From the NCBI GenBank assembly GCA_053919585.1, contig CM132792.1: a stretch of 64,000 nt of DNA. The stretch is one strand, 5' to 3'. Position 1 is the first letter of the stretch, and each line of letters begins with the position of its first letter. A model generated the notes under the pieces. It did no database searches. It had not been told where the DNA came from and saw only the letters and a list, made by a program, of their open reading frames with translations. Source of the stretch: Euprymna scolopes (taxonomy: Eukaryota). This document shows positions 12,514 to 25,764 of the stretch, piece after piece. The position numbers were made by a program, and so were the translations under genes.

Positions 12514-12933
12514 TTAGAAATAATTGTACATTTCCGGTTCCGGACAGACATATATTAAATTTTTATGATAAAAATCCGTTCAATGAAGTAATAATATAGA
12601 TTCGATTTCTGACGGACACTAAATCGCACTCGATATAAAATATTGAATAAACAGGTAATACTAGTCATACTAAGGATGAATTATAACAAGAAAACCTTTA
12701 TTTGGATGATGGATGAATAACGCATGCATAAATATATCAGCAAATTGAAATGCAAAATGCACATTTAAATTTGCCGAAATATTAATGTTTCTGTTTGTTT
12801 ATTTATTTAAATCGTTTTTATATTAAATCTTTCTATCTTCGTTTTTAGTAAATAGGATCTTCCGATCATCAGAGACGCAATGTCGAATTTTTTTAAATTG
12901 TGTTGCTTGTGGGTCGTACGCGGAACTAAAATA

Positions 12934-12980
12934 TACTTTCTTGGTCTTCTGGCTAAGATCCAAGGGTAGTATCTCTTCTG
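12934..12980 (+). pseudogene. 5'-fragment U2 snRNA pseudogene
   Basis: TTCTTGGTCTTCTGGCTAAGATCCAAGGGTAGTATCTCTTCT aligns to the U2 5' end TTCTCGGCCTTTTGGCTAAGATCAAAGTGTAGTATCTGTTCT, including the GTAGTA branch-point recognition sequence. No Sm site or 3' half follows. Confidence 0.8.
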
Positions 12981-13079
12981 TTTAAAGATAGTATAATGAT
13001 ATCGTTTGGTTTCTCTTCGTGCAATTCGTGCATACAATGGAAATATGTTACAGATTCTTATAAGGTTGTTGGAGATTAA

Positions 13080-13261
13080 CCGTACTAACCATATATATTC
13101 TGACGCTAGCCTATGTCTTTACATAAATACATTTACAGTTTTAACAAAAGGGCTACAATAATATAACTGGGTTTCCATTCACGCTGAACGTCCAGAAAAT
13201 GCCCAGCAGCAATGTATTACATATAAAAAAGCCGTTGTGGAATTTTCACAAGTTCCTCTGG
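13080..13261 (+). mobile_element. Helitron H1 3' fragment
   Basis: CTACAATAATATAA...TGTGGAATTTTCACA...CTGG|T is homologous to 4200-4330. Confidence 0.65.
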
Positions 13262-14284
13262 TTAACTAGAAATAGTTTTTTTTTTCATCATAGTAATGAA
13301 GACAATTTTTACTATTTATTTTAATTTCAAACAGAGAACCATGCAAAGCAGCTAGTTAATATCAGTTTCTATTAAATCAGGTAAAATAACCCAAAAAGGT
13401 ATTTAGACAATTATTTTTTTTCATTTATTGTGACTAGAACTATTAAAAACCACAAAAGATCGCAATAATCTGCTTTAAATTCTATCAGTAATACCAGACG
13501 TTTTTATTCCAATTCTTTTATTGAAGCCATCAAAACTTGTTGAAACAAAGAGAGGTTATTAATGTAATCATCAACATCTACAATATTGGCTTTCGCTAAT
13601 TTAACACGAGACTCTTAAACTGACTGCCTCAAAATTCTTGTTATCAACGGAAAAGTGTCCAATAAACGCAAATGGCAGAAAATACAAGAAATAGATTTTG
13701 ATTTCTTTAATCATGTGAAGCATTGACATGCGATGTCAGTGCTGAATCCTCCCAGGATTAAATAATAATCACTTTGGTAGAATGTATAGAAGTCGTACGT
13801 GCTTCCTGATCATTTGCTTTAAACAAAAGGGAAATTGCTTTGACATTCAGCATTCAACATCTGATTTCATGTGTTTATTGGTTTCGACTTGATTGAAAGA
13901 GAAAACAAATATTTACCAATGACGACCATACTATGTAAGATAAGCCGTTGCTGGCCAGCGAAACTTTGGCAGGTGTATTGGATGAAGGTGAAAGAAGATA
14001 AAGAAAGGGAATTTCATAAAGTGGAATTTACTGTGTGTATTTACTACGATGCATTTCATTATAAAACGTTGGAATTCTCTATTTGGACATATATTTTTTA
14101 GTTTAAGTCTATGCATTCTGACTGCATGGATATTCTTTTTAATGAATGCATACGATAATACTAACGTTTTCTAAACTAAATTCTGTATAAAATGATATAA
14201 ACTCTGGAATGGAAGAAACACATTCAAGACACTGCAAAGTCAGATACAAAGAAAGTTGGTTCATTTTATCAGACTAGTTATTCT

Positions 14285-14520
14285 CACACATCTGTCAGTA
14301 TCTTATATCACTATAAAGCCACCATTCACCTATGCACAGAGTATTGTTGTTATATTTGTGCGAAGGCATTAACAACTAACATCTTCATCTTAGACAAAAA
14401 AGTCTCTGAATTTAATGTCCTGCACTTTCTGCCAAGCTCAGTCCCCTACCCTCCTACCGTAATCATGTTATCTGTGTGTTTCTTTCGCAAGTATTTCCAC
14501 AGGTGTGTTCCGATGAGCTT
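14285..14520 (+). mobile_element. CR1/L2-group LINE fragment
   Basis: CTATAAAGCCCACCATTCACCTATGCACAGAGTATTGTTGTTATATTTG matches the LYKA-IRP-EYCCHIW region of the other copies. Confidence 0.55.
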
Positions 14521-15429
14521 ACTGCTATTGTACAGCTGAAGGTAAATACGCTCTAATAAATCCGACTAGCAACAAAATAGCTTCTTTACTATAGGAATTC
14601 ACAGATAGCGGAAACCTTTCTCTGTTCTTAAATACTCTTTCAGTTGGCCATGTGCCGTTGGACACCCTCATTACCAGACTCTACCAGCGTGCAACAATTA
14701 AAATTCGATCGGACAATATGCTGCACAACATGGCACTTAGAATGTCCCTTTATATATTTGACGTTTAATCAGAATTGTCTATTGATTCCCCGCATCAGTA
14801 TGATTTTTTGCAAGTCAATCAATCAAATTGACTTGCTTATGCGTAATTATATACAATACGATACATCCGTTAAGTTTCGAAAGACAAAGGATACCCCCTG
14901 TATGAGCAGCTGCGCTTGTAATTGTGAGACAAGGGTTACGCAATCGCCAACCACACCCATCCTGAATAGACACGAAGCAAGGAGAAGTCCAGTTCGACTG
15001 GAAACGATGCCGAGATAAGCGGAGAGGAACATACATCACCTGGAAGTCCGAAATGGTTACACATGTGACAACAGAAGGAAACCACGGAATTAGGTTTTAG
15101 AAAGATATATTAACCAAAAAGGTTACAAGGATAAGGTAAAAAGTAAGCGGAGCTTACTAAACGATGATGCCCATTGTGCGTAATCGTACATGCTGCGTAC
15201 TACTGGTACTTTTGCTGATACTACGGTATTACGACGGTGTTCTTTAAAAGTGTTATCTCACATCGTAATATAGTACTGAAATACACTATAATGCAAGTAA
15301 GTTTCTGTTTTACAACTCCCATTCCCAGAGTTTTCTTTTTTTAATAAAAAAAAAGGAAAAATAAAACTGTTAAGACTTCTTCTTATGGGGATTTACATCG
15401 AGTGGCTGCGTAAATTTTCTTTCTCGTCC

Positions 15430-16010
15430 TGAGCGTTGCACCTAAGCAGAGACTCGAGGTGTTTCAAAATCAAAATTATCGAGTATTACGTCAATCGGCT
15501 CTTCGCGGGTTTTTGTTATGATTCCTCTGATTCATTCAAGTGGTATTTCCTGAGGAGTTTCATATGGCATTTGTAGGTGTTTTTCGATCCCCGGACGATA
15601 TAGACCAGTTCGCCAATTTTTTGTTTGATAATGTCAACTTCCCAGAATGTAACGTTGCTTTGTAGGTCTTGTAAAAGATTTTATCGCCAAGAAAGAACTT
15701 TTTTCATGAGGCTAGACGGTGTTCTTGAACTTCGTTAATTATGGCATGAGTTTATCGAAGACGGACTTGACTTTTCTTACAGAGATTGTTTCTGCGCGCG
15801 AGCATGCAATAAGCGTGTTTAAATTAGGGGTTATCCTATAAACTTACAGTAAAATTACAGAGCTCGTTCACCGATGCTGAAAACGTAAAAACTCTTGCTG
15901 GTTGTCCTTGACTATGTTCAGGTATTTCCAATGTTTATGGAACATTGTTTAGTTCGCCCCGAATAGTTCCAATAGGAGCTTAATAATCTCTGCAACATCC
16001 AAGTCTATGG
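15430..16010 (-). mobile_element. possible very old Gypsy-type RNase H relic
   Basis: The minus strand has remnants resembling IACSR / DK-AII / FLGDK and an NFDF motif in the order expected for LTR-element RNase H. Heavily disrupted. Confidence 0.3.
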
Positions 16011-16593
16011 TTTGACAGTGGCAGCATAATAGAAAACACAAACTCTATATTTAATAGAGCAGTAAAAGCATAGCAATAGATCTAATATTGATACTTTAAA
16101 TGCATTTGTCGTTTCTTTTGCTGCTGGTGGAGTATGAACGAAATATCAATATCTTCGAAATGGCATAACCAAGCATAATCCTTGGAATGCAAGATAGACA
16201 ACGACATGCAAATATCAAGAGAAAAACTAAAAAAAAAAACTAAATATTAAATAATCCGTTTACCATGTAATACGAAAAAAATATTAAAGTAGTTTGAAAA
16301 TGTTGTTTGGCTTTCAGACTTAAACTATACAATGGAGCCATCAGGGGAAGATTCTAGTCAAGAGACATAAGGTAGATGACCAGAAAAAATAAACAGAATT
16401 GATAAGGTTGCAGAAAATAATGCCGCTGCTAACAACTGACTTAAGGCTGTGGTTCGAGTTTTTTTTTTTTAAAACAGTGCAAAGTCTTTTGAAGTCTGCA
16501 AATAAATCAAGCCAAAAAGGGTTGGGAAATAAACTACTTTCATAATATGAAAGGAAGAAATCAATTTGTACTGACAAGAAGACAATATATATA

Positions 16594-16637
<44 letters not shown>

Positions 16638-17544
16638 TAGATAGATAGATAGATAGATAGATGGATAGATAGATATGAGATATATATTCATATGCAGAGA
16701 GAACTGTTTACAATGAAACCTGACTTCCGTATACAAGCATTTGAGAATCACGCTTTTTATAAAGAACATAAGGGACTGATTTTTATTTTCTAAGAAAAAA
16801 GAACATATTTTCTCTTTACAAATTACTCTATATTTATAAAGTTATATATGGGTATATGTTTAAATGTTTGTACGTATAACATTTATTTTTAAGCTAATTA
16901 TTCGATAATTATGCTTTTTCACAACAGCTGCCTCGCGTAAAGGGTCTTTTTGTAGGGTATATTTCATGTTATTTTTGGATATAATGTGGTGTCAACCCTT
17001 CGTAGAAAATACAGGTACCGTCTATTTCTCTAAAATTGTACCAATACATATTACAAATCCATTAATAAATAGCAACAATATTCTGTTACCTTTAGAATAT
17101 TGACAGATTTTGAGGCGTATGATACGACAGTGTCAGCCATTCTGAAGTATAAAATATGTAAAATGTGCATTGAATTCCATACATAGCTATTTGAAATCAA
17201 TTACGTACGATTTTCTAAGTATCAATTTATTCTTAAGACCGTGTTATTGTGTTGTTGGTTAAAGAATGTGTCTTTGTCCTTATATATTGGGCATCTTCTT
17301 AGATGTACATATCATTCAGAACACCATCTATTCCTAAAAGGCCTGACCATCATTGCTAATATACCACAACCCTTCCCACTTAGAAACTGGCTTGTTGTTT
17401 TCTGTTTTTAATACAATCCAGAAGAATATTTTTAAAAAAGTAATTACTTATGTTTAAGAAGGCTTTTTTTCCACCGTACATCGAGGCTGGTAGTAATATT
17501 TTATTTTTATTCATTTTTATTATTTTTTAATCATTCCACTGCAC

Positions 17545-18376
17545 AATTAGTCATGTCTCATATCCGTAATGGAATGGGGACAAAACTTGATACTAACATC
17601 AATGCTGCCAAGATTAAGCTTGTTTCCTTCAACAATTACAAAACACCTTCTCACCCACAAATAGCTATAGTTAAGGATACATTCCCTGAAAGTACTTCTT
17701 TCAAACTCCTAATACTAACGTTCACAGGAAACATGACTTGAAACAGATACATTGAGAGAATTGCCAAAGCTGCTGCAAAGAGGACGAGTTCTTTTTACCG
17801 TGCTAGAATGTTACTTCCGCCTTAAAGTAATCTGTACCTCTACATGGCTGTCATTCGCCCATGCATAAAGTATTGTTGTCACATTTGGGCTTGTGCATCT
17901 GCTACTTGTATCTCGCTCCTGATTTCCAAAGAGAGTTGCTCACCTGATAGATCTTGAACTGTCATCTAAGCTTCAACTTATGTCCCATCGACGAAATGTT
18001 GCATCCCTCACCTGTTCTATAAGTATTTTAATAGTGGATGTTCCGACGAACTACCAGCCCTTGTACCCCTCGACGCTAATACCCCCGACAAACCCGAGAA
18101 GCAGCTAAATCCCACCCCTGCAAAGTAGAGAACCCTAGATATGAGAAAGCCTTTTAATCTAATAGGTTCTTCCCCCAGAACTGCTAGACTTTCGAATCCC
18201 CTCCCGGGTTCCTTCTTTCCCAATAGTATTGACAATCAGAATTTCTAGTGTAATGTGAACGAACATCTCGCTGCTAAACTCCCTACTTAGTACCCCTGCA
18301 ACTTGTGCCCCCGATAATAGCCCCCTACATCAAAGTGTCACTGTGCCTTGTTTGAGGTAAAATTGTAATAAAAATA
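17545..18376 (+). mobile_element. 5'-truncated CR1/L2-group (Crack/Daphne-like) LINE with 3' end
   Basis: Reads NAAKIKLVSF, LTFTGNMT*NRYIERIAKAA, LYLYMAVIRPCIKYCCHIWA, SHRRNVASL and RTARLSNPLP, then a short 3' UTR ending AATAAAAATAA. Confidence 0.85.
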
Positions 18377-18414
18377 AGCATTATAAGACTTTATAAGAAC
18401 TTGTATGATTTGGA

Positions 18415-18582
18415 TTGTTCAGATTACTATTTTCATCCTCAGTTTTATTCGAGTAACGTTTCGGTCGATGTAACCTCTGAACTTCCTCAAATATATCTTG
18501 TCGAATCTATAAATCTTACTGTAGAACTCGAAAATCTTTCGACAAGACATAGTTGAATATTGTCGCAGGTCACATCGGCCCC
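18415..18582. mobile_element. PLE pseudo-LTR relic: inverted pair with a decayed hammerhead
   Basis: Minus 18452-18503 reads CGACAAGATATAT-TTGAGGA-AGTTCAGAGGTTACATCGACC-GAAACGTT. An inverted partial copy on + at 18540-18581 reads CGACAAGACATAGTTGAATA...AGGTCACATCGGCC. Confidence 0.5.
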
Positions 18583-18649
18583 ATAATATGGCATTGTAAA
18601 ATATTGAAATCGGGTATTCAAACTTGGCAAGAAATCTGTGAAAAAAATT

Positions 18650-19450
18650 ACCAAACCGATTAGCTATTCTTCTGTCATTGAAAAGCTCTGTCAGTCAAGT
18701 TGTGGTGCCATTTCGAAATATCGATGCGTGACTATTGGCCAAATAATCGAAGAATGTAAGATTAGTACAGTCTGTTAAAACTATTATTTATTACAATTTG
18801 CATATGAATAAGATGTTTGCAAGATAGATTCCCAAATAGCTGACCCCCTTTTTATAAGGAAGAATATGTCGAATTCTCAGGCATGAATTTGAAGATGTGC
18901 CAAGAAGATCTGCTAAAGTTTTACAGATGAATGATTGCTGACGATGAGTCCTGAGTCTATCAGTATGTTTCAGAGATCAAGGACCAGTCAATTGAATGGA
19001 AGTACATGAACTCACCATCTTCAAAAAAGGTAAGAGTGCAGCCTACCTCTAATAGAATCAGATTTCTTGGTCAACCGTTCCACAATTACGGTATGATATT
19101 ATGTATGTTTTAAAGAAATTGAGATAAGTAATCAATCAAAGAGGCGCAGCATATCAGCAAAACTATCTTACTATATCTGCAATAATGCGCATGTCGCTAG
19201 AGCAGCAGGAAGTGTGAGTGCCTATTGCTGCTTCAGCAAATCTCCTTACCATTGCACCCTCTGAATTTAACCTCGTCTCAGCCATGGAGCTCTTCCTGAA
19301 AGAAAAGTGTTTCCCGGGTGATGCAGCATTGATTTCCTTAATCACGTCGTATTTGAAGGACAGACCTCAGGTGTTCTACTAAATACGGTCTCCATAGCTA
19401 AATTGGACGACCCTAAGTGGTTTCTTTGTGAAGAAACATTTATAATTGTG
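18650..19450 (+). mobile_element. mariner transposase relic
   Basis: Reads R*IPK*LT (WVPHEL-like), MIADDES*VYQYVSEIKDQSIEWKYMNSPSSKKVRVQP (first catalytic D region) and a C-terminal KEKCFPGDAALISLITSYLKDRPQVFY. Confidence 0.8.
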
Positions 19451-19994
19451 TCAAGTTGTCCTTGCTCTACTGCTATGAGAAGTGGGACAGGGCCATTATT
19501 TCATAGTTTAGTTCATATAGTAAATGTTATACTTTGTTTATTGTAACTAGTTTACACAATCAACCACGTTTGCGTTCACAAGATGACTTCCAAACCTTTA
19601 TTTTTTGTGCTTTACATGCATGATAACAGGTGTATTCGTGTCCTCAAGAAAGAAATCAATGATAATAATAAATCTTATTTTCCCCAAACCTGTACTTTTA
19701 AAGATTTTATAAAATCAAAATCTTGTAATACATTAAATCAAAATCTTGTAATACATTAAATCAAAAAGAAAGCATAAGTTATAATCGTATCTTCATTTAA
19801 ACGAGCCACAAAAGTGATACAAAAATTTTCTCGCGAAACAAAAAATCATTTTGTATTAAAAGACAAATAACACATTTTCATACAAAAAGGAAACAGAAAC
19901 ATCTGTCTCTATGCGAGGAGGAAACTCAGTATTTTCCTATGTACGAGAAAAATTAATTTTTATCTACATGCAGCACGAAACCGATTTAGATATA

Positions 19995-20480
19995 CGAGGA
20001 TCCTTTCAAAAGTAATGGTCCACATCTTTCATTCCGCTGAAAAGCTCATCAAAAATTGTAAATTGCTTTGTTGTAATGACTGAACTTATGCATCAATTAC
20101 CTTAGTTTCATCATTCTGTTGTAGATATAGACACTATGAGAGCTATCATGGATATGCGCTAGAGACATAGAAGCATCATTTATTTCCTGCATGCTGAAAG
20201 AATTGAACCGATCAACATTCATCGCACCCTGTTGGAGGTTTACGCTGCCGTTGCAATGTTTATCAGTGTAGTTAGTTGACGGGTTCGTACATCACAGAGT
20301 GTACGCAGAGATGTGAGTGACAAAGTCTCTCCGAACGGCAATGTCCTGAGAGCAAGCCATCGCTGGTAAAATTACTTTAAGAACGTTGGTGACTGCGTAG
20401 AAAAAATATTCTGGAGATTAAAAGCCTTTGTTACCGTAACTCTTCAAATTATTTTTGCATTACTTTTGGAATGACCATCG
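19995..20480 (+). mobile_element. internally deleted mariner (MITE-like) with TIRs and TA target
   Basis: TA|CGAGGATCCTTTCAAAAGTAATG ... CATTACTTTTGGAATGACCATCG|TA. The interior encodes RSIIYFLHAERIEPINIHRTLLEVY (N-terminal HTH) and, further on, HRW*NYFKNVGDCVEK (C-terminus). Confidence 0.85.
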
Positions 20481-20954
20481 TACATGAAAAATATAGCTTC
20501 CTTTTATATGCATGCAAAACAGAACCGTTTTTTTCGATTGAGAAAATGCATGTAAATTTTCTGTAAGCCGGGCAGATCAGATGTATTTATCTTTAAAACT
20601 GGTGTACGTTCAGCAAATTAATAAGAATATATCAAATTTTGATTAAAATTCAAATGACGGTATAAAACAAAAGGTTTACTATCACTATATCTTGATTTTA
20701 AACTTCGTAAAGTTACATAAATTGATGCTAAATGTCTGTGTAGGGACTTCTCTACTTGTTTGTGGCAGCTGTTAGTCTAGTATACTTATATATTGAACTC
20801 ATTAAAACATTTACTACTATATGTCGTGGAATTTTTGCATTTGTTATTGCGTAAGTAATACCAGTAATTATTAGCCTCTTAGTTATTATACGTAGCTACA
20901 AATATTGATGTTCATCGATAAAAAATATGGAGTGCATCATGCGTACATAAATTC

Positions 20955-20992
<38 letters not shown>

Positions 20993-21441
20993 CATCATCA
21001 TCATTATTATTATTAAGATTTGCATAACCTAATTAATACGTCGCCTGGCAAACCTTTGAAATGATATGGTTTATTAATGGAACTAATACACACACAGATA
21101 CANNNNNNNNNNNNNNNNNNNNNNNNNNNNNNNNNNNNNNNNNNNNNNNNNNNNNNNNNNNNNNNNNNNNNNNNNNNNNNNNNNNNNNNNNNNNNNNNNN
21201 NNNNNNNNNNNNNNNNNNNNNNNNNNNNNNNNNNNNNNNNNNNNNNNNNNNNNNNNNNNNCACATAAATTGATATACGAAAGTATAATTTATGCGTAAAC
21301 TAAGTATTTACTTTAACAGTGCTCAATACATAGGTAAGGCTAGGTAGTAAGTTATAAAATATATATATGGTAGTTAAGCTACACATAATATTCCGCGTTT
21401 CATCCACACTAGGCTTAATTGCCATATATATTTTTATAACT

Positions 21442-21500
<59 letters not shown>

Positions 21501-21882
21501 CAGGGTGTCCGTAAAGTTACTATACAGTCTTACAAGTTACTATACAGACACCCTGTAATATATTAACAGTACAGTAAGATATTGTATTAAAATATTTATT
21601 TGTAACAAAAGAAATAAAAAGAAATAACACCTTTACGTTTATAAAAATCTCAGAAAATACACGTGTTACATCCGAAAAGACTGTAACAATCAAGGCAAAC
21701 AATTTCTATGACAAATATTCAAATTGGAGGCCTTCAGCTCCAATACATTCTCGACAACGTGACACCACACTCTGACAAACTTTGGTGCACAAGTCACGAT
21801 CAAGAAAAATAAATATTAACTTTTAATACAAATATAATACAATAAAACAATAAGACTGTATAGTAACTTTACGGACACCCTG
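21501..21882 (-). mobile_element. Tc1/mariner MITE with perfect 32-bp TIRs, TA target
   Basis: CAGGGTGTCCGTAAAGTTACTATACAGTCTTA (21501-21532) and its exact reverse complement (21851-21882), both flanked by TA. The minus-strand interior DRDLCTKVCQSVVSRCRECIGAEGLQFEYLS* is a transposase C-terminus. Confidence 0.93.
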
Positions 21883-21889
21883 TATATTG

Positions 21890-22030
21890 TACCCACATAA
21901 AGCATACATTCAAATAAATCGCGAAGAACTAAACCTGGTTTCAACATTTAAATACCTGGAAACCATGATTATGGACAACAATCGCATTGACATGGAAGTC
22001 AGCTGGCGAATGCAAAATGCATGTTCGGTT
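21890..22030 (+). mobile_element. RTE-clade LINE RT fragment
   Basis: IQINREELNLVSTFKYLETMIMDNNRIDMEVSWRMQNA (FKYLGS...D.EI..RI motif). Confidence 0.7.
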
Positions 22031-22250
22031 AATGAATTAACGATGTTTTGACATCGCCCAAATGCCTAAGCTCGATTAGTTTACACAAAGAGCATCGCTT
22101 ATTAGGCTAATGGCAGTTTTTTATATTACTTCCAAATAGGCTTAACCTGAGATAATAGTGGTTATCATTACTTACAATTAAAATTAAAATATAAACTAAT
22201 TATCCATGCATAAGGATTTTGCAGGTCTTATTAATTGAAATAGATGCAAT

Positions 22251-22303
<53 letters not shown>

Positions 22304-22760
22304 ACATGTAAACATGTGTGTGTGTGTGTAGGCTCAACTAAGATACTAACACGTACATACATATATGTATGTATACCTGGATGCAAGCTCTATTTACACG
22401 TTTGCATTTATCCCATCCCTTGAGCCAGCCCCTTTCCTCCCTGATGTTTATTTTACGACAAACAGAATTCGTGCTTTGGCAATCTCTCTCCAAGCCCTTT
22501 CTTCATAGATGATTCTAAATGTGTTAAACCCCTCCATTTTGTTATGGCAATGTAATCACACTAATCCTTTTTTTTTCGTTTTCCGTTTCTTTCTTTTTCG
22601 TTTTTTCCTATTTCTTTTCCTTTTTTATTTCTTTTTTATTCTGTTAAGTCTGAACATCTTTTCCCCCTTTCGTTTTCTATGTCTGGAATGTAAAAATATC
22701 ACCCCCCAATCCCTTATTTTAAAATTAACGTTTTATGTTTATTAAAATAAGTATATATCC

Positions 22761-22879
22761 TTAATTCTCCCATTTGAGAACCAGGACTCTTGGCATGTAC
22801 CGTGTTGCGACCATGTAATATTTGTTTATATAAATAAACAAATATGCCAAAAGTCCTGGTTCTCAAATGGGAGAATTAA
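22761..22879. repeat. near-perfect 36-bp inverted repeat with nested AT hairpin
   Basis: TTAATTCTCCCATTTGAGAACCAGGACTCTTGGCAT pairs with ATGCCAAAAGTCCTGGTTCTCAAATGGGAGAATTAA (1 mismatch). The loop contains ATATTTGTTTAT-ATAA-ATAAACAAATAT. Confidence 0.9.
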
Positions 22880-22881
22880 AG

Positions 22882-22920
<39 letters not shown>

Positions 22921-24210
22921 CTTATAAGGATATGAAATACGTTTAAATAAAGCTATTAAAACAACGAATAGCACAATACTCAGTAGACGTGTATATACCA
23001 TTAGTAAAGCTTATCACAATTCTTTGCATGAAGAGCCTTAAATATTCATAGGAAACAGTTTTAATTGTTTCTGATTTAATACACATCTTGTGGCTAATAC
23101 AAAATAACTCTTCATAACATCGTTAAGTGATTTTAAAACTAATCGAATGTTCAAATTCTGCACTGGAACATTTACCATAATTCATTTTTTTTTATTTTTC
23201 ACCTCAAACAAGTAATACTTTCTACTTTGGCGTAAGGGGCTTCTATTAGCGATTATGTTAAATAGAGGATTGTTAGGACTTGAGCAGCAACATACATGTT
23301 AACATCGAGGAGGGAAGAGATGCTAAGAGTTTATCAGAGCACATTTCATTAAAGTACTTACAAAACAAATACAGCGATGCAACATTCCGACGATCGTAGA
23401 GCCAGTGTGTATTCTTGATTTATAAAAATAAATATTTACTTTCTGTGCGCATACGGTTTACAACATTCAAAGCTTGAGGATTCTCATGAGAGAGGTATAC
23501 AAGAGATATGCTACCTACTTATAAGTATTGATTAAAACATAATCAATAATTTATTTCCACAAAAGCACATATACAGCGATATAAAGATGATCTGATAAAT
23601 ATATATTGGATGTGCAAGTATCGCATATGTATGGTATTTTGCATTTTTAATATAAATACAATAATCGTGTTTCCAATACTTGTTGAAATTTCTCGTTGCT
23701 TCTTTATAGTTAGGTTGAAGGTCTCATAAGTAAAGGGACCTTTTCTTGGGCTAATACTTGATCTAGCTATTCGAATATCCCATAACCTCGCAAACACTGA
23801 ATAAGAAGCTGGGAATATAATTTTCCTCTCCCTAACTGAGCATTTACATAAGATATAGTATACTTTTCTAGTGGTCTATTGGTCTTACTTGACTTCAGAA
23901 CAAGAATTATTCTTGTCTAGTGAAGTACTGAGTTTCGTGCTGTTATTTATTTGGGGAAGGTGCGACTTCCTCATAAAAAATCTAGTATGCGTTAACCATA
24001 TTGAGTAGATCTTATTTGAGCCATGAACACTATGTGATTTTGAATATTAAGGCAGAGTTCACTTGTCGAAAAAAGCACGCTCATGCCAGGGTTCCTAACA
24101 TACTCCTGTACACAAAGACCTTAGAAACACGATGATCGTATCTAATAGGCATTCGAGTTGTCTCCAGTATGCATTATTGTGAGTATATATGTATTTCCCC
24201 ATTATTGTGA

Positions 24211-24249
<39 letters not shown>

Positions 24250-25019
24250 TTTTCACATATTGGTACAATTGTGCAAACACATGATGATATGACTTTCTTT
24301 ATAAGGTTTCCCTATCAATTTCAACAGGTACTCGAAGAAGATTATTTCTATCTTTATGCTCATTCAAATAACGAAACCTTTACATTCTGTGTATCAATTG
24401 AACTGCGATGTTGAAACATGACCACTTTATTTGTTTTGAATGTAAACGTTTAATTTTTGTTTTTTAAGTTCTTCAGAAAACGATTTCACTCTAGTATAAA
24501 AATATCCATTTCAATCTGTAATTACACACGTTTTACCTGATTGGTGTTGCATGAAAATAAAATTGAAATTCAAGAATACTCTCCAGTTGCATTAGAAATC
24601 ATTCCACGTTTGTAAACATTATTTATTTTTTAAGCTATTCTTTCGATAAATAGAAGTAAAGTAACCTGAGGCGAACGATTAATGTACGCTATCTAAGGAA
24701 CATTTATATTTTTCAGTATCTAAAATGATAAAAGTAAATATACGTGTTTTTGATCCGTTAGAAAAATTACGCATGCATAAACTTTTATGGACAAAGAAGG
24801 AAATTAACTGCTAATAATATAAAACAACGATGATTATATGTGAAAAACTGTGAAGTTTAATCTTGAAAATATCTATTAATACAACAAAAGAAGAGTATGA
24901 TTTATTTTGTACTTTAAATATAGACGCATATATATGCCACTATTATTTTTGTACGCACTAGGAGTTCACACAAGGTTATTTTCAGAAATTAATCACTGAT
25001 ATTACCTAGTATTGTACAA

Positions 25020-25303
25020 AATACCGTAGAAGTACTAACTATTCGCGGATTCGAGCGACCTCCTCTGAAGTAGGAAGTGCCATGGTGTATGAAATTCACA
25101 AGCGATACCCACCGACAGAGATAATACCATCAGGTTTTTACTTGCACGGAGTTGTCGACGTCCATTTATCCGAGTCCGGTTTTGCCAGGGGTATCTACAT
25201 CAAGAGGGTACAGCGCCTAATATTTCCAAATGGTCATTTATCTTGTACTTGCTGAACTACAGTGATATAACAAAAATTGATGTATCTCCGTGATTATGCC
25301 GTA
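25020..25303 (-). mobile_element. 5S rRNA-derived SINE-like relic (SINE3-like)
   Basis: Minus 25303-25209 TACGGCATAATCACG...ATCACTGTAGTTCAGCAA...GTAC..GATAAATGACCATTTGGAAATATTAGGCGCTGTA follows 5S rRNA with an internal deletion, then continues into a GC-richer non-5S body. Confidence 0.6.
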
Positions 25304-25764
25304 TACCCGAATATTATATGGGGTTTGGGTGTCAAAAACTATCTCAGATTTCTGGTATAATAAAATTTGCAAATTATTCTGCGTTATCGCAGCCACCACT
25401 GAGTTTACGTTTGCAACGACAATTTGTCTTCACCGTAATTTGGTGAACAATTAGCCTCCTCAGTATCTCAATCTTTCTCGCACTCATCCAGTTTAATACT
25501 GTTTAGTGCTTTATTTCTCATCTTTTCTGTCTTTCTTGACCCTTCTCGGCTGCTTTTCTTGGTATCAGCCGAGTATAATCCCTTGTTATGAGAGAAGCAC
25601 TGTTTATAACAGTTCCTGCAGTTTCAATCGCTTTGTGTCCCTTTTAGTTGCAGTTCCTATGTTGTAAGTAAATGTTTTAATTTATACGAGTTATCATTAT
25701 AATTAATGAATTTATTATTATTATTCCTACTACTACTACTGCTACTTCTATGATTTGTACTCAT

